64,000 nucleotides of DNA from Opitutales bacterium (GTDB taxonomy: Bacteria > Verrucomicrobiota > Verrucomicrobiia > Opitutales > T3Sed10-336): positions 24,395 to 88,394 of the forward strand of contig JAIUMY010000002.1 in the NCBI GenBank assembly GCA_022565335.1, written 5' to 3'. The notes beneath the pieces are model-generated. The model saw only the letters and a program-made list of their open reading frames with translations, ran no database searches and was not told where the DNA came from. Both the position numbers and the translations under genes were made by a program. Shown one piece after another: positions 26,946-35,840 of the stretch. Numbering within the stretch: the stretch's first letter is position 1; each line of letters starts with the position of its first letter.

Positions 26946-27686
26946 ATGGAAACTGGACTTGTAACGGGAAGCCGCCAAATGATGATGCTGGAAGCCTGGC
27001 AATCGTCAATCGCCGATAATTTAGCGAACGCATCCACCCCGGGCTTTCAGAAAACTTTATTTGCCGCCAGCGGAGCCCCTCAAGGCCCGCAATCCACTGT
27101 ATCCATTGGTACCGACGAACAAAAACAATTGATTTTGCCGGAAGGACGGGTCTCCCAATCTTTCAGCAACGGGCCCATACGTAACACCGGAAACCCCCAC
27201 GACTTCGCCATAAAAGACGGCGGCTTTTTCGCGCTCACCACTCCCACCGGCGAGCGCCTTTTCTCAAAAGACGGGGAATTTCGCGTCAACACGGATGGGG
27301 TTTTGGTAAACAAGATGGGCTATTCTGTCGATGTCGATGGGGCGGAGCTGAATATTGACTTACAGCAAGGGCCGGTCACCGTGACCCGTGATGGCAGTGT
27401 AAACCAAGAAGGTCAAAGCCTCGGTCGCATCTCCGCCTTTTCGTTCTCGCAACCAAACCAGTTGATTCGGGTGAGCGGCAGCTATTTTTCCGATCCGGGA
27501 AATGCCGGGCAAACGCAAATAGAAGAACCCACTATCCTCCAAGGTCATTTGATGGGCAGTTCAACCGAAGCGATCAAGGAAATGGTCAACATGATTCAAG
27601 TCTCACGAGCCTACGAAATGAGTCAGAAAGTCATCCAGGAAAATGACGAACGACTCAACCAGGCAATCCAAGCTTTCAGTGTATAG
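26946..27686 (+). CDS. flgF: Flagellar proximal rod protein FlgF
   Basis: IADNLANASTPGFQK near the N-terminus and MVNMIQVSRAYEMSQKVIQ near the C-terminus. Confidence 0.9.
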   Translation: METGLVTGSRQMMMLEAWQSSIADNLANASTPGFQKTLFAASGAPQGPQSTVSIGTDEQKQLILPEGRVSQSFSNGPIRNTGNPHDFAIKDGGFFALTTPTGERLFSKDGEFRVNTDGVLVNKMGYSVDVDGAELNIDLQQGPVTVTRDGSVNQEGQSLGRISAFSFSQPNQLIRVSGSYFSDPGNAGQTQIEEPTILQGHLMGSSTEAIKEMVNMIQVSRAYEMSQKVIQENDERLNQAIQAFSV

Positions 27687-27715
27687 TCTTCAATAAACGA
27701 ACCAAAGGAAACTTC

Positions 27716-28498
27716 ATGAACTTATCACTATTCTCCTCTGCCACCGGGATGGAAGCGCAGCAGAAACAGCTCAACACCATCTCGAACAATCTTGCCAATG
27801 CCAACACCACCGGCTTCAAGCGCGCAAAAATCGAATTCCAGGATATGCTCTACCAACAGAGCAGAGATGCCGGCGCCGCCTCTGGCGACGGTAATGTTTT
27901 ACCAACCCAGGTTGAGATGGGGAATGGCACCCAAGTGGTTTCCACCTCGCGAGTATTCACCCAAGGCACCCTGCGAGAAACAGGGAGTCAACTTGATTTG
28001 GCCATCGACGGCCAAGGTTTTATCGAGGTTGAACTACCGAATGGCGAAACCGGCTATACACGGGATGGAGCCCTAAAGGTCGCTGCTGACGGGAGAATCA
28101 CCACCAGCAATGGATATCCGGTCTTGAGCAACTTTAATACGATTCCCAGTGGTGCCCAGACAATTACCATGACCCCCACCGGTGATCTAACCGTACGCAC
28201 GGCTAACGGAACCCAAACTTTTCGTATCGAACTGGCCCGCTTCAACAATCCCGCCGGGTTACGCAGTACCGGCGGAAACATCTATGTGGAGACCGATGCC
28301 AGCGGCGCTCCGGAAACCGGAAATCCCACCGAAAATGGCTTCGGCCGGATCATGCAAGGATTTCTCGAAAGCTCAAATGTCAATGTGGTTGAGGAAATGG
28401 TCAACATGATCACCGCACAACGCGCTTATGAAACTAATTCCAAGGCTATCCAAGCGTCCGACGAGATGCTTCAAACCGTAGCTCAACTCCGTCGTTAA
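27716..28498 (+). CDS. flgG: Flagellar distal rod protein FlgG
   Basis: 260 aa. ISNNLANANTTGFKR at the N-terminus and MVNMITAQRAYETNSKAIQASDEMLQ at the C-terminus. Confidence 0.94.
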   Translation: MNLSLFSSATGMEAQQKQLNTISNNLANANTTGFKRAKIEFQDMLYQQSRDAGAASGDGNVLPTQVEMGNGTQVVSTSRVFTQGTLRETGSQLDLAIDGQGFIEVELPNGETGYTRDGALKVAADGRITTSNGYPVLSNFNTIPSGAQTITMTPTGDLTVRTANGTQTFRIELARFNNPAGLRSTGGNIYVETDASGAPETGNPTENGFGRIMQGFLESSNVNVVEEMVNMITAQRAYETNSKAIQASDEMLQTVAQLRR

Positions 28499-28499
28499 A

Positions 28500-29318
28500 A
28501 TGAATCGACTCATTAAAATTTGCCTTCTCCTATTCTTTCCCCTCTCGGTTACCCTGGGAAACACCCAGCTGAGTTTGGAGAGTTTGTTGAAACCCTTTGA
28601 AGCCAGGCCCAAGGGAGTCACGGAGCCCCCCCCGGCTAAAGAAGCCGAACCCGTCGCAGAAATTTCAAAATCGGAAGATATAAAAATTACCCAGGATGAT
28701 GCGGTCAAGGCTCTATTGGAAACCAGCCAAGCTGCACTTCATGAAGATGATAGCATAGAAATAACCATCCGATCCGGGTTCCAATCGACTACGCTTTCCC
28801 ATGGTACGGAGTGGCGCTTATTCACCTCCGACCAATTTGCTCCCAATAGCCGTGGCCGCTGGATGCCCTCACTGCTTCTTGAAGTCGATGGTGAAATTAA
28901 ACAGCGCTGGCGATTGACCTGCGATATTGACCTGTACCGAACCGTATTTATGACCACCCAACGACTGGCCCGTGGCGAAACACCTATGAAGCCTGGCCTA
29001 AAGCCGGTGATAGCAAACATCTATAATGAATCATCCCGGCCGGTACCGGCTTACGAAGATTTAAATGATTACGAAATGGTTAGAAATTTAGGCGAGGGCC
29101 GGTTTCTTACCTGGGATGATATAAGCCCCAGACGCGCTATCCGCAAAGGCGAAACAGTCGATGTAATCCTAGATAACGGCCAACTCCAGATCACCATGCG
29201 TGCAATGTCCCTGGAGGATGGCTTGGTGGATGAAGAGATCCGCCTGCGAAACCCCCGAACCCGTGCTGAATTTACCGGCGTGATCACCAAACCTGGCCTG
29301 GTTACCGTCACCAACTGA
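28500..29318 (+). CDS. flgA: Flagellar P-ring assembly chaperone FlgA
   Basis: Signal peptide. C-terminal SAF/FlgA block (RRAIRKGETVDVILDNGQLQITMRAMSLEDGLVDEEIRLRN). Precedes flgH and flgI. Confidence 0.8.
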   Translation: MNRLIKICLLLFFPLSVTLGNTQLSLESLLKPFEARPKGVTEPPPAKEAEPVAEISKSEDIKITQDDAVKALLETSQAALHEDDSIEITIRSGFQSTTLSHGTEWRLFTSDQFAPNSRGRWMPSLLLEVDGEIKQRWRLTCDIDLYRTVFMTTQRLARGETPMKPGLKPVIANIYNESSRPVPAYEDLNDYEMVRNLGEGRFLTWDDISPRRAIRKGETVDVILDNGQLQITMRAMSLEDGLVDEEIRLRNPRTRAEFTGVITKPGLVTVTN

Positions 29319-29319
29319 A

Positions 29320-29961
29320 ATGCCTAAAACCGAAGCTATGAAACTTAAATTTTTTAATTTTTTAATTTTTGCCCTGTCCACCACCGGTCTGGGAGGAATC
29401 CTTTTCGCTGAATCTCTTTGGCATGACAACGGCCCCGGAGCCCGAATGTTCTCAGATCAGAAGGCCAGACAAATAGGGGATATTGTCACCGTTGTCATTC
29501 AAGAAAACTCAAGCGTCTCGGCCTCCAAGTCGACAGATACCGACAAGACTTCATCGGTTGACTCTGAACTTGCCAGGATACTTTACGATTCCTCAAGTTT
29601 TCTCCGGGACGGAGAAGGCCAACTCCCCGGCATGGGATGGTCCTCGAACGACAACTTCTCGGGTGGCGGCTCGGTTTCTGGCGAACAATCAGCCAGTGCT
29701 CAGCTATCCGCCATCGTTGTCGATCGTCAACCAAACGGCAACCTCATCATAGAAGGGGTACGCCGGGTAGTATTCAACAACGAAACAAATTATGTTGTTC
29801 TTCGAGGAGCCATACGCCCAACCGATGTAGGCTCCGACAATACTATCCTCTCATCCCGAATTGCCGATGCGGAAATTCAACTCATAGACGAAGGCTCCCT
29901 TACCGAAGCGCAACGCAAGGGCTGGCTGAACCGCGCCTATGACTGGATAAACCCATTCTAA
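29320..29961 (+). CDS. flgH: Flagellar L-ring protein FlgH (cysteine-free)
   Basis: ARQIGDIVTVVIQENSS...NGNLIIEGVRRVVFNNETNYVVLRGAIRPTDV matches the FlgH family. The whole ORF has no Cys. ATG 29338 is an alternative start. Confidence 0.88.
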   Translation: MPKTEAMKLKFFNFLIFALSTTGLGGILFAESLWHDNGPGARMFSDQKARQIGDIVTVVIQENSSVSASKSTDTDKTSSVDSELARILYDSSSFLRDGEGQLPGMGWSSNDNFSGGGSVSGEQSASAQLSAIVVDRQPNGNLIIEGVRRVVFNNETNYVVLRGAIRPTDVGSDNTILSSRIADAEIQLIDEGSLTEAQRKGWLNRAYDWINPF

Positions 29962-29969
29962 GACCCATC

Positions 29970-31076
29970 ATGATCCGCCCCTATACACAGTTTATCTTGG
30001 CCCTCTGCGGCCTTCTTCTTGCTGCCTCAGTGGATGCCTCACGGATTAAGGACATTACAACCATAGCAGGGCAGCGGGACAACCAACTGGTTGGTTATGG
30101 CCTCGTAGTGGGGCTTGCGGGAGACGGCGACAGCCAACAAGCTGAATACACCGTACAGACAATTGCCAATATGTTGGAACGTTTCGGTATTTCGGTGGAC
30201 CCCAATGACCTGCGCTCCAGAAATGTGGCGGCAGTGATGGTCACCACAGACATAAACTCATTTGTCCAACCGGGCTCCCGCATTGATGTTACCGTCTCCT
30301 CTATCGGCGATGCCGATAGCCTTTCCGGAGGCATTCTGCTACAAACACCTTTACTTGGAGCTGACAATAATGTGTATGCGGTAGCTCAGGGCTCATTACT
30401 CATTGGCGGCTTTGCCGTAAGCGGTGGAGACGGAGGAACCGGGATACAAAGAAATCACCCCACCGTAGCCCGTATGCCCAGAGGAGCTATCGTGGAACGT
30501 GGCATAAACTCACAAACCATAAAAGAAGGAACCATCACTTTCCTCCTGGATAACCCTGACTACGCTACCGCGACGCTGATGGAAGAGGCGGTGAACAGAT
30601 TTTTCCCCGGAGCCGCCAAAGCCAAATCTGCGCAGAATCTCGTTGTCTCTATCCCGGAGGCTTTCCGCGGCGGGTCCGAAACAAGCTTCATCGCCTCAGT
30701 GGAAGCAATTCAAGTGGAGACAGACCAAACCGCGCGAGTGGTCATTGACGAACGAACCGGCACCATCGTGGCGACGGCCGATGTTCGACTTTCACCGGTG
30801 GCCGTTAGCCATGGGAACATTACCGTTTCGGTGGCCACTACTCCCGTCATAAGCCAACCTGGTGCCTTTTCGCCAGGAGAGACAGTGGAAGCGGAGCTTA
30901 CCGAAATCGAAGTCGTTGAAGTCGAGGGAGGATTCTCCGAAATCATCGGTGGGCCAACCCTTTCAGACCTTACGACGGCCTTGAACTCTCTCGGGGTAAG
31001 TTCCCGCGACATGATGGTTATCCTACAATCAATCAAAAGTGCGGGCGCCCTTCACGCAGAACTCATAATCGAATAA
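29970..31076 (+). CDS. flgI: Flagellar P-ring protein FlgI
   Basis: Signal peptide, then SRIKDITTIAGQRDNQLVGYGLVVGL...; C-terminus LQSIKSAGALHAELIIE. Confidence 0.94.
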   Translation: MIRPYTQFILALCGLLLAASVDASRIKDITTIAGQRDNQLVGYGLVVGLAGDGDSQQAEYTVQTIANMLERFGISVDPNDLRSRNVAAVMVTTDINSFVQPGSRIDVTVSSIGDADSLSGGILLQTPLLGADNNVYAVAQGSLLIGGFAVSGGDGGTGIQRNHPTVARMPRGAIVERGINSQTIKEGTITFLLDNPDYATATLMEEAVNRFFPGAAKAKSAQNLVVSIPEAFRGGSETSFIASVEAIQVETDQTARVVIDERTGTIVATADVRLSPVAVSHGNITVSVATTPVISQPGAFSPGETVEAELTEIEVVEVEGGFSEIIGGPTLSDLTTALNSLGVSSRDMMVILQSIKSAGALHAELIIE

Positions 31077-31080
31077 ACCA

Positions 31081-31434
31081 ATGGACATCGGAAATATATC
31101 TTTGCTCCATGCAGCTGAAGCAGATGCTTCCCTATTCTCAAAGACGGGAACCAAGGCCAAGGATGCCCGCGAACTCAAGGCTACTACAGAACAATTTGAA
31201 GCCATTCTTATTCGCCAGTACCTCAGTGAAGCCATGAAGCCACTTTTCACCGATTCCATGATGGGCCAAACCTCCGGCGCCCATGCCTACCAGTACATGA
31301 TAACCGATGCCCTGGCCTCCGAACTTTCAAAGAGCAGCACCTTTGGGATCGCCTCCCTGCTTCAAATGGAACTGACACAGGGAGAGAACTCCAGCACCAC
31401 AAACACGGTAAACCCTAAGACTAATGACCAATAA
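31081..31434 (+). CDS. flgJ: FlgJ-type rod-binding protein (N-terminal domain only, no hydrolase domain)
   Basis: 117 aa. TEQFEAILIRQYLSEAMKPLF is the Rod-binding motif. Position after flgI supports the call. Confidence 0.75.
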   Translation: MDIGNISLLHAAEADASLFSKTGTKAKDARELKATTEQFEAILIRQYLSEAMKPLFTDSMMGQTSGAHAYQYMITDALASELSKSSTFGIASLLQMELTQGENSSTTNTVNPKTNDQ

Positions 31435-31921
31435 AAAGCATGAACCTCTAGTCGATTTGCTACGGGACGAAATCGAAGCTTATGGCAAATTGTTTCATCT
31501 TCTCGAAGAGCAACGATCGGCCCTCATAAACCAGGATGTCGATGCCATCTTACTCCTTAACAAGGAAATTGATGAACACTCCGTTCAAATCAACCGATTT
31601 AATAACGAACGAAAGAAAATGGTTTCGGAGCTTCATCCGACTGGTAGTACGCGGATTATTCCATTTATCAATGAAATTGACGATGCCTCCAAAGGTTTGT
31701 TCGAGGAGCTGGTACAGGAAATCAACCGTTTGATTCGCGAAAGCCAGCGTCAACTTTCCTGCAACCAAATGCTCTACCGACGCGCCCTTGATGTTAGTCG
31801 GGACACCTTGCGGATTCTTCGTCCTGACAATTCCAATGTTCCCGGAATCTATAGGCGGGATGGCAACACCAACAATCTTCGACGTAATATAGCCGCAGCC
31901 TATGTCGCCCGTACCGCCTAA
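31424..31921 (+). CDS. flgN: FlgN-like export chaperone
   Basis: 165-aa helical protein (LVDLLRDEIEAYGKLFHLLEEQRSALINQDVDAILLLNKEI) immediately before flgK and flgL. 11-nt overlap with flgJ. Confidence 0.6.
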   Translation: MTNKKHEPLVDLLRDEIEAYGKLFHLLEEQRSALINQDVDAILLLNKEIDEHSVQINRFNNERKKMVSELHPTGSTRIIPFINEIDDASKGLFEELVQEINRLIRESQRQLSCNQMLYRRALDVSRDTLRILRPDNSNVPGIYRRDGNTNNLRRNIAAAYVARTA

Positions 31922-31947
31922 GAGCCACAACCCTGAAACCTTTTGCC

Positions 31948-33450
31948 ATGTCTGGATTACTCGGAAACCTTTCCTCCACTTCGTCAGCCATCCAAGGGCA
32001 CACTAGGTCCATTGAACTGGCGGGCAAAAATATCGCGAACATCAATAATCCTGACTATGCGCGACAACGACTAAACACTTCATCAATCACCACCGCGCTG
32101 GGGAAGGATACGGTTACCATCACGACGAGGGAGATTCAACAACTCCGTGATTCCTTTCTGGACCGACAAATTGTGCAGGAAAGCTCTTTCCTTTCTTCAT
32201 TTAGGGCCAGGGACGATCGCCTGCAAGAACTACTCGGAGTAATGGGTGAGACCATCGACCGCGTCAACGACCCTTCCTTCATTCGGGACAATCCCTCTGA
32301 CGACGGCAGTTTGCGCTCCGGGATAAATAAATTCTTTAATTCTTTTGAAAATTTTGCCGCTCGCCCCACTGACCAAGCCAGTCGGTCCGAACTCATGCGG
32401 GCCGCTGAGGATTTGGTGAATTCTTTTAACCGGGCTAGCAGCCGCCTTGACTCTCTGGAGAGAAGTATGAAAACCGAAATAAGCACGGAGGTCAATTCTC
32501 TGAACAATCGACTTGATGAACTTTCAGACTTGAACCGGAAAATTGCCAAAGTCGAATTGTCGACGGGCGCAAATACGGCCGCCGACTTACGTGACGAGCG
32601 ACAAAAACTCCTTGAGGAAATTGCCGAGTTTACCCAGATAGAAATACAGGAAGTTCCCGGCTCTAATGGGCAAATCTCCGCCAGTCTGCGGGATGTCAAC
32701 GGCGACCAAACCGAAATTCTCCGCCCGGGCTTTGCCCCCCAAAAGATTTTCTATAACTCTGATAACAACTCTTTTAGAACCTCTACATCGTCAGCTGACA
32801 TCGATCTAGGCGCAGGCAAGCTACCCGCCCTTCAGCAGGTTTTAGGTGAAGATTTGGACAATTTGCGGGGACAAATTGATACCCTAGCCAACACCATAGC
32901 TACTGAGGTCAACGAAGTTTATTATCAAGCCTACGTACCAGCCGGAACCGATCCAGCGGTCCCCGAAATAAGCTTTTTCGACCAGCCTACCCCTCCGCCG
33001 TCAATTTCCGGCCAACCCTCCTCCGTCAACGCCAGTAATATTGCGCTGTATACCGGTTCGCAAGATCCTCTGATAACCGAATCAATCCCGTTGACACAAG
33101 ATTCGCTAAGAGCCTCGGATTCCTCTTTCGCCGGTTCGAATGACATTGCTTTGGCAATTGCCGGTTTGAGTGAGCAGGACTTTTCTGCCTTGGGAGGCAT
33201 TAAGCTATCGGAGTTTACCACCCAGACATCCGTCACCCTGGGACAGGAAATTCAGAGCAACGCCAATCAAATGCGTGTTCAGCAGGATGTGGATACTTTA
33301 ATCAAAGACCGTCGGGCTCAAATAAGCGGTGTCTCGCTCGACGAGGAAATGGCTAACCTCGTACAATTTCAACGCGCCTTCCAAGCTTCTTCCAGAGTGT
33401 TCAATGTCATGTCTGAAATGCTGGAAACAGTTGTCACCCAGCTCCGTTAA
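31948..33450 (+). CDS. flgK: Hook-filament junction protein FlgK
   Basis: N-terminus IELAGKNIANINNPDYARQR; C-terminus MANLVQFQRAFQASSRVFNVMSEMLETVV. Confidence 0.92.
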   Translation: MSGLLGNLSSTSSAIQGHTRSIELAGKNIANINNPDYARQRLNTSSITTALGKDTVTITTREIQQLRDSFLDRQIVQESSFLSSFRARDDRLQELLGVMGETIDRVNDPSFIRDNPSDDGSLRSGINKFFNSFENFAARPTDQASRSELMRAAEDLVNSFNRASSRLDSLERSMKTEISTEVNSLNNRLDELSDLNRKIAKVELSTGANTAADLRDERQKLLEEIAEFTQIEIQEVPGSNGQISASLRDVNGDQTEILRPGFAPQKIFYNSDNNSFRTSTSSADIDLGAGKLPALQQVLGEDLDNLRGQIDTLANTIATEVNEVYYQAYVPAGTDPAVPEISFFDQPTPPPSISGQPSSVNASNIALYTGSQDPLITESIPLTQDSLRASDSSFAGSNDIALAIAGLSEQDFSALGGIKLSEFTTQTSVTLGQEIQSNANQMRVQQDVDTLIKDRRAQISGVSLDEEMANLVQFQRAFQASSRVFNVMSEMLETVVTQLR

Positions 33451-33472
33451 CCCATCAAGGAAATCAACAATC

Positions 33473-34771
33473 ATGCGTGTACCCTTCAACAGTAGCCAAA
33501 ATCAATTCATGCGCGATGTGTCTGCGTTGAAACTGCAGCAGAACCAGCTCAACCGTCAAATCAGCACCGGACAAAAAGTGACAAAGACCAGCGACAATGC
33601 CGTTGCGGCTGCCCGGGCCGCTGAAGCAACAAACGAGAAAAGCCGTATTCAGGCTTTTGCCAACAATATAGATAGAGCAAACACGATTGGCAATTTCAGT
33701 GTTGAGACGCTTCAATCATTTAAAACCATAAGTGATTCCGCTCGCAAACTGTCCTCCATCAATGATGGTCTCTCTTCAGAAGCAGATCTTCGATCCAGGG
33801 AAGCAGACTTACGACAACTAGTTGAAGGAGGACTCAATACTTTAAACACAAAACTTGGCAACGACTACCTCTTTGCTGGCGCGAACATTGGCGAAAAACC
33901 CTTCGAAGCCCTTCGCTATACGGAATTCCTGGAAGATTCCAATGGAGATTTTGTTGATCTAAGTGGCAATCCGCTTGCTCCTGGAGAACCTCCGGTACCC
34001 GCAGTTATGCGGGACATTAATGGAGATATTATTTTCGACGAGATTCTATCGCCAACGGACAACCCTATTCCTGAAGGAACATACGTCGATCCGGTGACGG
34101 GAAACCAGACCGACAGCACGGGAACTCCCCTACCCGGACCAGTCTCGCTGGATGCCGGCATTGATTTTAATACCGGTGAGTTGATTGCCCTCGATGCTGA
34201 CAGCGGAATTTGGGAACCCATTCTTGACAGCCAGGAGAATCCTATCTCACCTACTGATCCAGACCCCTCTGGAACCGGCTTTATCACGACAACCCGAGCT
34301 TTACCTAGCGATTACGTTGGTGAAGTCTACCAAGTCGTTTACACTGGCAGCACCGACCGTTCCGACGATATCCGCTTCCGCGTTGCGGAAAATAGCCAGG
34401 TGGACCCCTTTTCCCGGGGAGCGCAAAATGAGGGATATGGAGAGATCCTGAATAACATGATATCCTTGCGCGACGCCTTCAAAACAGAAGACTTGGATCA
34501 AGTTACCACCCGAGCGGAAAATCTCAATGACTCACAGGATAATGTAATCGGAGGAATCGTTGAGCTGGCCGCTAAAACGAATGGTTTAAAAACACTGGAT
34601 AAAATCAATACCGCGCGTTTCAATGAGATGGAAAATACGATATCCAAAGCGGTTGATGCCGATTTAGCTGAAACTATTGCGGAATTAAGTAGAGTACAAA
34701 CCGCATACGAGGCGGCTCTCGCTAGCGGAGCTCGCATTCAATCTCTTTCTATCCTCGACTTCCTTCGCTAA
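33473..34771 (+). CDS. flgL: Hook-filament junction protein FlgL
   Basis: Flagellin-like N-terminus (MRVPFNSSQNQFMRDVSALKLQQNQLNRQISTGQKV) and C-terminus (LSRVQTAYEAALASGARIQSLSILDFL). Start at ATG 33473; the ORF-track extension overlaps flgK. Confidence 0.88.
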   Translation: MRVPFNSSQNQFMRDVSALKLQQNQLNRQISTGQKVTKTSDNAVAAARAAEATNEKSRIQAFANNIDRANTIGNFSVETLQSFKTISDSARKLSSINDGLSSEADLRSREADLRQLVEGGLNTLNTKLGNDYLFAGANIGEKPFEALRYTEFLEDSNGDFVDLSGNPLAPGEPPVPAVMRDINGDIIFDEILSPTDNPIPEGTYVDPVTGNQTDSTGTPLPGPVSLDAGIDFNTGELIALDADSGIWEPILDSQENPISPTDPDPSGTGFITTTRALPSDYVGEVYQVVYTGSTDRSDDIRFRVAENSQVDPFSRGAQNEGYGEILNNMISLRDAFKTEDLDQVTTRAENLNDSQDNVIGGIVELAAKTNGLKTLDKINTARFNEMENTISKAVDADLAETIAELSRVQTAYEAALASGARIQSLSILDFLR

Positions 34772-34811
34772 CAAAGGCCATTTACGACAAGCTTTGCCCC
34801 CGATCCAAAAC

Positions 34812-35681
34812 TCAGTGGGGTTTTCCCTTTTGTCTCCGCAGGGCTAAATACATAATGACTCCACCAAGAAGAAGCAGAAAGATACTGTAAAAGGCTCCGC
34901 GATTGAGCCCGAGCACGGTGGTCACCCCGGCATCGCCCTCACGGAAAAACTCACCGATGATACGGGCCACCGCATAAAGACAAAGAAATTCGCCCGCCAA
35001 TTGCCCGGGACGCACCTCGGTTACCCGGCTTCTCCAAAAACGAAGCTGTAGGTAAACCAGGGGGATAAGCCCTTCCAAACCGGCTTGATAGAGTTGGGAA
35101 GGATGACGTGGGGAAATCTCTTCCACCGGTGTTCCGGGAGGCGCACTTTGCGGGAAGATCACCGCCCACGGAACATCCGCCACCCGACCCCACAATTCGC
35201 CATTGATGAAATTCGCGATCCGTCCAAGCACAATCCCGGGTGGGGCCACCGTGACAAAGAGGTCGGCCAAGCGCCAGAAAAGTTGCAACCCGCCCTTCCG
35301 GGACAGCCAGAGCAAGGCCCCGATGACGCCCAGAAAACCCCCATGAGAAGACATCCCGCCATCGGTCACCCGAAGCAAAACGAAGGGGTTTTCCAGCATG
35401 GATCCGGGTTGATAAAAAAGAAAATACCCCAGGCGTCCGCCCACCATCACGCCAATGACGATGGCGAATAGCGCATTGCCAATGGCCTCACCCTGCAAGG
35501 GGGATTTTCCCTTGCGGGCATACCATACCAACAGGCCCCAGGCAATCAGGAACCCCAAAACGTAGGCGAGACCGTAATAACGGATGCCCAGGGTTTCGGA
35601 AAATTGAATCAAAAAAGGCGAAAGATCATGGACGTAATAGTCCGCCCCTTCGGTGGCAGGAGTTGGTGTATCTGGATTCAT
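34812..35681 (-). CDS. lgt: Prolipoprotein diacylglyceryl transferase
   Basis: 289-aa polytopic protein. IRYYGLAYVLGFLIAW..., GGMSSHGGFLG and GRIANFINGELWGR are Lgt signatures. Confidence 0.9.
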   Translation of the reverse strand: MNPDTPTPATEGADYYVHDLSPFLIQFSETLGIRYYGLAYVLGFLIAWGLLVWYARKGKSPLQGEAIGNALFAIVIGVMVGGRLGYFLFYQPGSMLENPFVLLRVTDGGMSSHGGFLGVIGALLWLSRKGGLQLFWRLADLFVTVAPPGIVLGRIANFINGELWGRVADVPWAVIFPQSAPPGTPVEEISPRHPSQLYQAGLEGLIPLVYLQLRFWRSRVTEVRPGQLAGEFLCLYAVARIIGEFFREGDAGVTTVLGLNRGAFYSIFLLLLGGVIMYLALRRQKGKPH

Positions 35682-35840
35682 CTTACATTATAGCGGGGCC
35701 ATTCATCTGGAGTGAAGGTGTACTCCGCGAATTGCGCGAGGTAAGAGCGGGCGGTTTCGCGGCGTAAAACCCCTCCGACGGGCGCGGGGTTGCCTACTTC
35801 CGGTGGCTGACTCGCGAGATTCGATATCATCGAAATTCCC

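Noticed and set aside
33964-33979. Near-perfect sigma-54 motif TGGCAA-TCCGC-TTGCT on the sense strand inside flgL.
   Set aside because: It has one mismatch, sits mid-gene in the last gene of the cluster, and has nothing downstream to drive (lgt is convergent). A 9-position match is expected about 0.5 times per window by chance. It is worth a glance only if RpoN ChIP data exist.
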